Source: an uncultured delta proteobacterium (GTDB lineage: Bacteria > Myxococcota_A > Polyangia > Polyangiales > Polyangiaceae). From it: 64,000 nucleotides of DNA. Numbering within the stretch: position 1 is the first letter of the stretch; each line of letters starts with the position of its first letter. The translations under genes and the position numbers were made by a program. This document shows, one piece after another, positions 30,178-38,629 of this stretch. Location: assembly GCA_963782055.1 (NCBI GenBank), contig CAWAIF010000003.1, positions 4,960,001 to 5,024,000 on the forward strand, in the 5' to 3' direction. A model generated the notes under the pieces. It did no database searches. It was not told the DNA's origin and saw only the letters and a list, made by a program, of their open reading frames with translations.

Positions 30178-31599
30178 CTACTGCCAGGGCGGACGCTCGT
30201 CCAGCGTCGCGCGCAGCGCCTTGAGCCGCGCGACGGCCTCCGAGCGCTTGTCGGCGTCGCCGGAGAGATCGTGCTCCTCGCCCGGGTCGGAGGCGAGGTC
30301 GTAGAGCTCGTAGCGCTCGTCCCGGTAGGAGATGAGCTTCATGCCGGGCGTCGGCCCGTAGACGAGGGCGCGCCGCAGCTCGTTGTAGGGGCCCTTGGGC
30401 ATGTCGACGTACACGTCGCGCTCCTCGTAGTCGGCCCCGGGCGGCGCGAGGACGTCGGCCATCAGGCTCTTGCCGCGCAGGGCGCCCTCGGGCACGGGCA
30501 CGTCGAGCAGGTCGAGGATCGTCGGCGCGATGTCGATCGCCGAGCGCTTCACCGGGACCCGGCGCGCAGGCTGCCCCGGCACGTAGACGATGAGCGGCAC
30601 CCGGATGAGCGGCTGCCACAGCTCGTGGCCGTGCTTGTAGAAGCCGTGCTCGCCGAAGGCCTCGCCATGATCGGCGGTGACGATGATCGCCGTCTCCTCC
30701 GCCCACGGCTGCTCGGCCACGTAGTCGAGCACCTCGCCGATCTGCTGGTCGGTGAACCACACGTCCTCGTCGTAGAGATCGCGCCGGGCGGGCACGCCGG
30801 CGTCGATCGCCGAGAAGTCCGGCGCGCCCTCGTGGTGCACGTACTGCCAGTGCGGGTCGTAGTAGTGGAACCACGCCAGGAAGCGCCGCGGGCGGGTGGT
30901 GTCGGCGTCGGCGGGGACGCCCGCGTCGTCGTCCCAGCTCGGCGCGGTGTTCTGCGGGCGGCCGAGCAGGTCGAGCGCCACACGCGTGAGCCGGTCGCTG
31001 GTGATGCTGTCGCCGTCGTCCTCCATGTTGGGCGCGATGGCGGAGGTGTCCCAGACGTCGAAGCCCTCCGAGAGCCCGGTCGGCCACTTGAAGTAGCGCT
31101 GGCACATCCCGCCGAGCGTCCGCACCCCCGCCGCCTGCGCCCGCTCGGCCATGAACACGTTGGCCGGGTAGTACGTCGTGTAGTGCGCGGGATCGCGCAT
31201 CGTCTCGTCGCAGTAGCGGCCGATGATCATCGAGCCGATGCTCTTGGAGGTGTACGAGGCGAGGGAGTACGCGGTCTCGAAGACGGTGGAGCGCGCGGCG
31301 AGCTCGTCCAGGTTGGGCGTGACCGGCCGCGGGTACCCGGCGAAGCCCTGGTCGGCGCGGAGCGTGTCGATCGTGATGAAGATGACGTTGTAGCTCTCCA
31401 GTCGCGGCGGCGGCTCCGGCGGCGCGGCAGACGCGCTCGGGACCGACGCGACCGGATCCGAAGGCGCCGTCGCCGAGAGCGCCGTCGACGCGGCGGCTCG
31501 CGCCGGCGAGGGCGAGTGCGAACGCGAGGCGAGCGCAAAGACCGTGACCGCCACGACCCCCGCGCCCGCGCCGGCCACCGCATGGAGGCGAGCGCGCAT
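30178..31599 (-). CDS. Sulfatase-like alkaline phosphatase superfamily protein
   Basis: NVIFITIDTLRAD, TPNLD, HYYDPH, TADHGEAFGEHG, ELYDLASDPGE; N-terminal anchor. Confidence 0.88.
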   Translation of the reverse strand: MRARLHAVAGAGAGVVAVTVFALASRSHSPSPARAAASTALSATAPSDPVASVPSASAAPPEPPPRLESYNVIFITIDTLRADQGFAGYPRPVTPNLDELAARSTVFETAYSLASYTSKSIGSMIIGRYCDETMRDPAHYTTYYPANVFMAERAQAAGVRTLGGMCQRYFKWPTGLSEGFDVWDTSAIAPNMEDDGDSITSDRLTRVALDLLGRPQNTAPSWDDDAGVPADADTTRPRRFLAWFHYYDPHWQYVHHEGAPDFSAIDAGVPARRDLYDEDVWFTDQQIGEVLDYVAEQPWAEETAIIVTADHGEAFGEHGFYKHGHELWQPLIRVPLIVYVPGQPARRVPVKRSAIDIAPTILDLLDVPVPEGALRGKSLMADVLAPPGADYEERDVYVDMPKGPYNELRRALVYGPTPGMKLISYRDERYELYDLASDPGEEHDLSGDADKRSEAVARLKALRATLDERPPWQ

Positions 31600-31655
31600 G
31601 GCGACCACCGTGGACCCATGCGCCGGATGACGCAAGCACGTCGTGACCGCGCGCC

Positions 31656-33278
31656 TCAGCGGTACGGCCGCGTGGACGACACGCGCGCCAGCAAGGTCTC
31701 CACACGCGCGCGCAGCGGGTGTGCCGCGCCGAGGCAGCGAGTGCCGTCGTCGGCGAGCTCCACCATGGTCCGCGCCTCCTCCGGGCGCCCGCCGGCCTCC
31801 GCGCAGGCGGCGAGGGCGAGCGCCGCCTCCACGCGCGCCTGCCCCTCGTCCAGCATGCCGAGCACCGCGCGCAGCTCCGGCGCGGCGCGCGCCGTGTCTC
31901 CTCGCTCCAGCCACGCCTGACCACGGAGCCACCTCCCGCGCGCCTCCGCGCCGCCGCCGAGCGCGGGGCCGTGCGCGCACAGCCAGGCGGCGATGGCCTC
32001 CGCCTCGGCGTGAGCGCCCGACGCGAGGCTCGCGCGGCCCATCTCGAACCGGAAGAACGCGTCGAGCAGGCCGGGCGCGCCAAAGAGCACCGCGAGCGTC
32101 TCGCACGCCTCCCGCGCCCTCGCCCCGGCGGCGGCGTGCTGGCCCATGTCGTTGCATGCGCACACGGCGTCGTAGCGCGCGAGCAGCGCCTCGAAGTCCG
32201 CGCCGCCGCGACAGGCGGCTGCCTCGTCCAGGGTCGCGAGCGCCTCCTCCAGGCGCCCCTCACGGCGCAGCGCCGAGCCGCGGAGCGCGAGCACCTTGGC
32301 CGCGAGCGCGCCGCGCGGACCGTCGACGCGGATCGCCTCCGCGTGCGCCGCGCCGAGCTCGGCGTTGGCGGCCGCGAGGCGCCCCTGGTCCAGGAGCTCC
32401 CCGGCGCGCCGGAGCGCGTCGAGCAACGCGGCGTCGTCCTCGCCGAACGCCCGGACGCCCGACCGCGCGACGAGGACCGTCGGGCCGCGTGAGGTCGACT
32501 CGATCACCACGTCGAAGAAGACGTTGCGCCCACCGTGCCACGCGGTGCCCGCGCGCAGCGCGATCAGACCCCACGCGGGCTGGCTCACCCCCGGGATGGA
32601 CGCCATCTCGGCGTAGCGCTCGGCGACGGCGGGGAGGAGCTTCGGCGGGATCGCGGCGATGGCGTCGGCGGCCTCCACCCACCGCGCCCCGTCCCACGCC
32701 CGGAGCTCCGGCGCGTCGCCGAGCGCGATGCGCATCCGCGTCCACCGACCCCGGGTGAGCGTGAGCAGCAACATGTTCGCGAGGCGCACCACCGGCGGGT
32801 CCGGCGACTGTCCCCCGTCCGGCGCGGGTGCGGCCGCAGGGGGCGCCGCCTCGCCGTGGGCGAAGACGGTGATCAGGGCTCCCACGATGGACTGCTCCGA
32901 GGCCACCTCCACCTCCAGGTCGGCCTGCGCGGCGAACTGCACCGCCGCGAGGGCGTCGTGGTCGGTCGGGTCCGCCGCCGCGACGCGGAGCACGCGGCCG
33001 CGCCTCGCCACCGGCGCCATCCGCGTGCGAAAGAGGAGCTTCGCGCCGAGCGCGTGGCACGCCTCACCGTCCAACTCCCCACCCCAGACAGGGAGGCCGT
33101 ACGCGCACGACCGGGCCTCCACGATCGCATCCTCCGAGAGCGCGCCGCGCACCACCAGCGCCGCCGCCACGCTCGTGTCCAGTGCCCTGGCGGTGTGACG
33201 CGCCCATTCCAGCTCCTGCGGGTCGAGGCCGCCGTCGAGCAGGACCCGCTCGAGCGGCGACGGCACCGGGGACGCCAT
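31656..33278 (-). CDS. GspE/PilB N-terminal-like domain fused to TPR-like repeats, no ATPase
   Basis: LRVAAADPTDHDALAAVQF...VEVASEQSI, then PPVVRLANMLL, then Ala/Leu helical repeats; no Walker A. Confidence 0.65.
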   Translation of the reverse strand: MASPVPSPLERVLLDGGLDPQELEWARHTARALDTSVAAALVVRGALSEDAIVEARSCAYGLPVWGGELDGEACHALGAKLLFRTRMAPVARRGRVLRVAAADPTDHDALAAVQFAAQADLEVEVASEQSIVGALITVFAHGEAAPPAAAPAPDGGQSPDPPVVRLANMLLLTLTRGRWTRMRIALGDAPELRAWDGARWVEAADAIAAIPPKLLPAVAERYAEMASIPGVSQPAWGLIALRAGTAWHGGRNVFFDVVIESTSRGPTVLVARSGVRAFGEDDAALLDALRRAGELLDQGRLAAANAELGAAHAEAIRVDGPRGALAAKVLALRGSALRREGRLEEALATLDEAAACRGGADFEALLARYDAVCACNDMGQHAAAGARAREACETLAVLFGAPGLLDAFFRFEMGRASLASGAHAEAEAIAAWLCAHGPALGGGAEARGRWLRGQAWLERGDTARAAPELRAVLGMLDEGQARVEAALALAACAEAGGRPEEARTMVELADDGTRCLGAAHPLRARVETLLARVSSTRPYR

Positions 33279-33339
33279 CACCCGATGGTACCGCGTTGTG
33301 CGACCGGCGCGCGCTTCGCATGGTGTACGCTCGGGGCCG

Positions 33340-33945
33340 ATGCTCGGCCCCCTCGGCGTCCGCGGGTGGACCCGGTGCGGGCCGCTGGTCGCGGTCGCCG
33401 CGCTCCCGCTCCTCTGCGCGTGCACCCGCGTCGCGCGCGTGCACGTGTCGGCCGCGGAGGTCGCGGCCGCACGCGACCGGGTCGCCCACAGCCAGCGGCT
33501 GGACCTCCTGACTGGCGACGGCCTGTTGCCGGGCGGGCCCTCCGACGTGCTGCGCGTCGACAACGACGACGGCACGCACGTCACCTTCCCTCACCGCGTG
33601 ACGCTGGCCGAGGCGCTGCGCTCCGTCCACGGCGGTGCGACGCTCTCCGTCCGGCAGAGCGACCGGACCGACGCCTCGTGGACCGCGAGCACCCTCACCC
33701 TGACGTCGCTCGTCCTGTTCGGCAGCACCACGCCGGCGACGATCGCGGGGGAGGCATACCAGCTGCTGCACGACGAGTCGCTGGACAACGCCATCCCCAC
33801 CCCCAAGCTGGGCTGGTACCGATCCATCCTGGTGTTCGAGGGCGTCACGCTCGCCGCCACCGTCATCGGCGCGACGTTCTGGCTGATCAGCGGGCTGGTC
33901 TTTTGCCACCACACCGACCTCGGCGAGGGCCACTTCCTCCACTGA
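33340..33945 (+). CDS. Hypothetical membrane/lipoprotein
   Basis: Possible lipobox LCAC; C-terminal TM; coding-like codon pattern. Confidence 0.5.
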   Translation: MLGPLGVRGWTRCGPLVAVAALPLLCACTRVARVHVSAAEVAAARDRVAHSQRLDLLTGDGLLPGGPSDVLRVDNDDGTHVTFPHRVTLAEALRSVHGGATLSVRQSDRTDASWTASTLTLTSLVLFGSTTPATIAGEAYQLLHDESLDNAIPTPKLGWYRSILVFEGVTLAATVIGATFWLISGLVFCHHTDLGEGHFLH

Positions 33946-33946
33946 A

Positions 33947-35425
33947 TCAGCTCGGGGTCCGCGCGCGGCGCTTGCGACCCAGGCCGCGACGCTCCAGCAG
34001 GCGGTAGAGGGTGACGGCGTCGACCCCCGCCAGGGCGGCGGCCCGGCGCACGTCGCCCGACGTCTCGGCGAGCAGGTCCTCCAGGTAGCGCCGCTCCAGC
34101 GGGGCCAGCCACTCCTCGCGCAGCTCCCGCAGACCGCGTCGCGCTGCGGGGGCGGGGGCGGGCGCCGGGGCGACGATGGACCGCGGCAGGTGCTCCGGCC
34201 GGATCTCCTGCCCTGCGCTCAGGATCACCGCGTGCTCCAGCGCGTTCTTCAGCTCGCGCACGTTGCCGGGAAAGTCGTAGCTCGCCAGCGCGGCGAGCGC
34301 CGCCGGCGAGACGGGGCCCGCGGGCAGCGCGTGCCGCTCCGCCGCGAGCTTCACGAAGACGTGCGTCAGCACCTCCAGGTTGTCCTTGTAGCGGCGCAGC
34401 GGCGGCAGCTCGAAGGTGATGACCCCCAGCCGGTAGTACAGGTCGTCGCGGAAGCGCCCCTCCTTCACCATCGCCGCGAGGTCGCGGTTGGTGGCGCAGA
34501 CGAGGCGCACGTCCACGCGCTCCGGCGCGCCGTCGCTACCGAGCGGCTGCACCTCGCCGTACTCCACCGCGCGCAGCACCTTGGCCTGGAGCATCAGCGG
34601 GAGCTCGCCGATCTCGTCCAGGAAGAGCGTGCCGCCGTGGGCCTTCTGCATCTCCCCGATCTTGTGCGCGGTGGCCCCGGTGAAGGCGCCGCGGCGATGA
34701 CCGAAGAGGGTGCTCTCCAGCAGCGTGTCCGGCACCGCCGCCGCGTTGACGATGACGAACGGCCGATCGGCGCGCCGGCTGTTGAAGTGGATGGCGTGCG
34801 CCACCAGCTCCTTGCCCGTCCCGCTCTCCCCCTGGACGAGGACCGGCGCGCTGGTGGGCGCCGCGTACTCGATGCGCCGCTCCACCTCCGTCCACTCCGG
34901 CGAGAGGCCCTTGATGAGGAAGGGGCGTCCCGTCGCCGCGCGGGTCGCGCGCTCCAGCGCGGCGCGTCGAAGGAAGCGCGCCGACGACGCCGCGAGCGCC
35001 TCCAGCTCCTCGACGTGCTGCTCGCTGAAGGCGCCCGGCTCGCGCGCCGAGACGGTCAGCACCCCGATCACGCGGCGCTGGTAGCGAATGGGCACCGCGA
35101 CGATGGACCGGACCTCGAGGAAATACCGCGCGTAGTTGGGGTCCCCGCGCGTGTCGGCGGCGAGGTAGGGCGCGTCGTGCTCCAGCACCCAGAAGGCGAT
35201 GCCGTTGGGGCGGCCGTCGCGGCGCCGCTCGAGCACCGCGCCCGGGAGGTTCACCACCAGCCCCTCGACGACGTGGAAGTGCACCACGAGCGCGTCGCGC
35301 TTCGCGTCCCGGAGAAAGAGCGCGCCGTTGCGCGCCCCGGTCCGCGCGAGGGCCTCCTCCATCAGCCGCTGCTCGATGGTCTCCGCCTCCGCGGCGTGCA
35401 GTCGGTGCTCCGAGCCTCGCGCCAT
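33947..35425 (-). CDS. GAF-domain sigma54-dependent enhancer-binding protein (Fis HTH)
   Basis: N-terminal GAF (GIAFWV...RSIVAVPI); GESGTGKE, GAFTGA, LFLDEIGE, FRDDLYYRL, FPGNVREL; C-terminal HTH. Confidence 0.93.
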   Translation of the reverse strand: MARGSEHRLHAAEAETIEQRLMEEALARTGARNGALFLRDAKRDALVVHFHVVEGLVVNLPGAVLERRRDGRPNGIAFWVLEHDAPYLAADTRGDPNYARYFLEVRSIVAVPIRYQRRVIGVLTVSAREPGAFSEQHVEELEALAASSARFLRRAALERATRAATGRPFLIKGLSPEWTEVERRIEYAAPTSAPVLVQGESGTGKELVAHAIHFNSRRADRPFVIVNAAAVPDTLLESTLFGHRRGAFTGATAHKIGEMQKAHGGTLFLDEIGELPLMLQAKVLRAVEYGEVQPLGSDGAPERVDVRLVCATNRDLAAMVKEGRFRDDLYYRLGVITFELPPLRRYKDNLEVLTHVFVKLAAERHALPAGPVSPAALAALASYDFPGNVRELKNALEHAVILSAGQEIRPEHLPRSIVAPAPAPAPAARRGLRELREEWLAPLERRYLEDLLAETSGDVRRAAALAGVDAVTLYRLLERRGLGRKRRARTPS

Positions 35426-35449
35426 GGGATTGCGATGATTCCACTGGAC

Positions 35450-35463
35450 TTGCATTTCTGCAA
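35450..35463. promoter_or_regulatory. Palindrome TTGCA-N4-TGCAA, candidate enhancer (UAS)
   Basis: TTGCATTTCTGCAA in an AT-richer spacer about 75 bp upstream of the -24 box, with related TTGC half-sites nearby. Confidence 0.55.
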
Positions 35464-35536
35464 CAGTTGCTATCATTCGCACAACTACGGGCGCGCCGAC
35501 TCCGCGGTTTCCCGCGGGGAGCAGGAGGCGGAGGCG

Positions 35537-35552
35537 TGGCACGCGTCTTGTA
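35537..35552 (+). promoter_or_regulatory. Sigma54 -24/-12 promoter
   Basis: TGGCAC-GCGTC-TTGTA against consensus TGGCAC-N5-TTGCW (one mismatch), divergent from the activator gene. Confidence 0.7.
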
Positions 35553-35566
35553 AAAGGCCGCGCATC

Positions 35567-35767
35567 ATGAAGGTGCCCGTCGTCCTCGAGCCCAGCGTCC
35601 GCACCGGACGCGTCCGCGCCTACTGCCCCGACCTGCCCGGCTGCTCCGCCGTCGCCGGGTCGGAGCCGGACGCCCTCGCCCTGCTCCGTCGGCGCATCGA
35701 GGACTACTTCGCCCGCTCCCCCCTGCGCGCCGCACCCGGCACGCGCACCACCACCGTCGAAGTCTGA
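35567..35767 (+). CDS. Short HicB-like protein (N-terminal domain only)
   Basis: MKVPVVLE...RAYCPDLPGCSAVAGSEPDALALLRRRIEDYF resembles the HicB PDLPGC motif; 66 aa; no DNA-binding tail. Confidence 0.72.
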   Translation: MKVPVVLEPSVRTGRVRAYCPDLPGCSAVAGSEPDALALLRRRIEDYFARSPLRAAPGTRTTTVEV

Positions 35768-35790
35768 AAGCACCGCACAGGAAGCTCGCC

Positions 35791-37071
35791 ATGAACCACC
35801 GCCTCGCCCTCGCCCTGCTCGCCTCGTCGCTCTTCTTCCCGGCCTGCGCCATGAACACCGGTGATCCCACGGCGTCCAGCTCCGGGGCCGCGCTCAGCAT
35901 GTCGGCGGACGACGCCGCGCGTGTGCTCGCGCTGGTCAACTACCCCGGCACCGACCGCACGACGCTGGACGACGCCGTGGGCCTGGACGCCCGCGCGGCG
36001 CAGAACATCGCGGCGTACCGCGCCGGCGACGACGGCGTCGTGCCGTCGGCGGACGACCGCTACTTCGGCGACCTCGGCGAGCTCGACGCCGTCCCGTACG
36101 TCGGCGACTCGGCCTTCCAGAAGCTCCAGGCCTACGCAGCCAACCACGCGGTGCCCGCGGCGGAGTCGGTGGAGGGCGTCTACTTCCGCGGCTGGCAGTC
36201 ACAGACGGTGGTGTGGGCGGTCGATCACCTGGACGAGGCGTCGCTCGACGCGGTGCTCGACTCCCGCGCCGCCAAGAATCTGGTGGCGGCCCGCCCCTTC
36301 TCCACGGTGACGGCCATGGGCCCGGTCTCGTACGTGGGCGGCAGCGCGCTCGCCAGCCTGCGTGACGCCGCGACCACGTGGTGGCCGCTGATGCAGTCCA
36401 ACGCCACCGAGAGCCTGGCCGGGACCTTCGACGGCGTCGCCTTCGACGAGCCGACGGCGGAGACGGCCCTGGAGATCGCCAACCAGGCGAGCGCGGCGCG
36501 GCTCACCGCGCATGGCGTGGCGACGCACCCCGCCGACCTGATGGTCGCCGGCCGCGCCTACACCACGCTCGCCGCGGTGGCGGGCGTCTCCGGCGTGGGC
36601 ACGGCGACGATGGCCGCCCTCCACGACTACGCGACGAGCGGCGACTGGGGCCAGGACCCCAACGCGTGCGTCGACGCCTTCCAGGCCGCGGTCTCGCCGC
36701 ACCTGGGCGATCTCTTGCTGATGAGCGAGAGCGATCGCCCGCTCGACCTCGTCTCGTACCCCGGCGCGGGCACGCAGGCGCCCACCGCCGACTCGGTGCT
36801 CGCCCTCGTCGGCGCGGAGGCGGGGAGCACCGCGGAGGTTCGCACCCTCGACTACTTCAAGATGGTGCTCGAGCCCTCCAGCGACAACGCCGACCCCAAC
36901 GCCGCGGCGGACGTGGTGGCGGCGATCGGGGCGCAGCTCACCGACGTCATCGTGGTGAAGGTGCACAAGCCCCAGAACGACCCCTACAGCGCCGAGGTGG
37001 ACATGTACGTGCTCGGCCGCACCTCCTGCGGCGATCTGGTGGGCCTCCACGCCATCGCGATCGAGACCTGA
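35791..37071 (+). CDS. Lipoprotein with three ComEA-like HhH repeats and a C-terminal NuiA-like (nuclease A inhibitor) domain
   Basis: Lipobox FPAC; repeats ending LDAVPYVG, MGPVSYVG, VAGVSGVG; C-terminus LLLMSESDRP...EVDMYVLGRTSCGDLVGLHAIAIET. Confidence 0.8.
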   Translation: MNHRLALALLASSLFFPACAMNTGDPTASSSGAALSMSADDAARVLALVNYPGTDRTTLDDAVGLDARAAQNIAAYRAGDDGVVPSADDRYFGDLGELDAVPYVGDSAFQKLQAYAANHAVPAAESVEGVYFRGWQSQTVVWAVDHLDEASLDAVLDSRAAKNLVAARPFSTVTAMGPVSYVGGSALASLRDAATTWWPLMQSNATESLAGTFDGVAFDEPTAETALEIANQASAARLTAHGVATHPADLMVAGRAYTTLAAVAGVSGVGTATMAALHDYATSGDWGQDPNACVDAFQAAVSPHLGDLLLMSESDRPLDLVSYPGAGTQAPTADSVLALVGAEAGSTAEVRTLDYFKMVLEPSSDNADPNAAADVVAAIGAQLTDVIVVKVHKPQNDPYSAEVDMYVLGRTSCGDLVGLHAIAIET

Positions 37072-37257
37072 ACCGGTCGCAGGCGCCGCGGCCCTCCGCG
37101 CGTCGGGCTTCCCGGCCTGGAATGGATCTCCGCACCGACCCCGCGCGGGCAGTTGCCGCGCGGCGCCGGCGCATCGACCGCCCCTGCTACTGGATGGTGG
37201 CCATGCCCGAGGGCGCGGCGGGCCCGGCGCTTATGTCCTGCATGGTCGGCGCCCGCG

Positions 37258-37842
37258 GTGCTGTGGCCGTCGGTGCGCGCGCTGCGCAAGCGACACCCGC
37301 GCCTGCTGCCTCGCCTCCTCGTCCTCGACCCCACCCACCTTCAGGAGTCGCTGCTGCGCGGCGAGGTGGACGTCGCGCTGCTCGACCGGCCGCCGCCACC
37401 CAGCGCGGAGCTCTTCGTCGAGCGGCTCGGGCGGCTGGGTCACGGCATCTTCGCGCCGCCCGGTCACCCCCTGGCGGGCCGGCGCAACCTCGATCTGCGG
37501 GAGGTCGCGACGTACGCGTTCGCCGTCGCCGCACCGCGCGCCGACGATCCCGTGCCGCCCGACCGCTGGCCCGCGGAGATCCCGCGCGAGGAGCTGCTGC
37601 GCGTGGCGGACGTCGCCATGGCCGCCGACGCGTGCGCGGAGGTCGGCGTGCTGGCGGTCCTGCCCGATCTGGTGGGACGAGGTCACGCCGGCGGGCTCCG
37701 CCGCCTCCCGGTGGCGCTGCCGTCTGGCGCGGAGGCCGATCTCTATGCGGTGGCCCGGGCGCCGGCGGGCGGCGCGCACCATGCCCGCACCGACGCCGCG
37801 CTGGAGGTGCTGCGCGCGCGGGCGGGTACGCTCTCGACCTGA
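37258..37842 (+). pseudogene. LysR substrate-binding domain without HTH (truncated or stand-alone)
   Basis: LWPSVRALRKRHPRL...LLRGEVDVALL...PPGHPLA...LAVLP; no HTH seen upstream. Start uncertain. Confidence 0.6.
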
Positions 37843-37880
37843 CGTCGCGCGCCGAGGCCGAACATCGGTATGCTGGGCGG

Positions 37881-38585
37881 ATGAGCCGCTGGCGTGTCGC
37901 GTGGGGCCTTTGGATCGCCTTGCTGGTGGGCTGCGAGAACGCGCAGCCGGCGCAGCCGCCACCCGCCGCGCCGCCTGCGGTCACCACCACCGCGACGGCG
38001 ACCGCCTCGGCGCCGCCGGCCGCGAGCGACGCCGCCGCCGCACCGCCGCCCTCCGCTTCGAGCACGGCCGGCTCCCCGCTGCTGCAGCCCATGCCGGACG
38101 GCAGGAGCACGCCGGACCCGAAGGCCATGCTCGCCTCCGGACAGGCCGCGTCCCCGCTGGCGCTGGAGATCGCGCGCATGCTCGGGTCGGCGGCGCGCCA
38201 CGCGACGCGCTCCGGCGTCTGCTACGACGGCTCCGGCTGGGTGGTGGCGATCGATGAGGTCGCGCTCGATGGCGCGCCCCACGCCACCGCCGGCCAGACG
38301 TCCGTCGGGGTGCGCTACCGTGTCTCGCGCGTGGCAGAGCACGACACGCGCGGCTGCGGCGCCGACCCCGACTGCGCCTCGCCGAAGCCGATCGTTGCAG
38401 CTGAGCAGATGACCGTCGACTTCGCGCGAGCGGGGAAGAGGTTGCGCATGCGCGTGCCCGCGGAGGTGCCGGGCGTCCTCGGCGGCAAGGCTGGCCTGCC
38501 CGGCGCCACCCCGCTCTCCCGGGACCACGACACCGCCTGCTACGGTCACGAGCCACCCTTCGTCCCGGAGCCGATCTCCCCCTGA
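37881..38585 (+). CDS. Hypothetical lipoprotein
   Basis: Lipobox LVGC, Pro/Ala/Thr linker, globular C-terminus with 4 Cys. Confidence 0.65.
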   Translation: MSRWRVAWGLWIALLVGCENAQPAQPPPAAPPAVTTTATATASAPPAASDAAAAPPPSASSTAGSPLLQPMPDGRSTPDPKAMLASGQAASPLALEIARMLGSAARHATRSGVCYDGSGWVVAIDEVALDGAPHATAGQTSVGVRYRVSRVAEHDTRGCGADPDCASPKPIVAAEQMTVDFARAGKRLRMRVPAEVPGVLGGKAGLPGATPLSRDHDTACYGHEPPFVPEPISP

Positions 38586-38629
38586 CCGTCTCGCCCTGAC
38601 GCAGCCGCCGTCGGCTATGCTGGAGCGCG

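Noticed and set aside
35567..35767. Complete HicAB toxin-antitoxin pair
   Set aside because: No HicA-like ORF was seen on either side.
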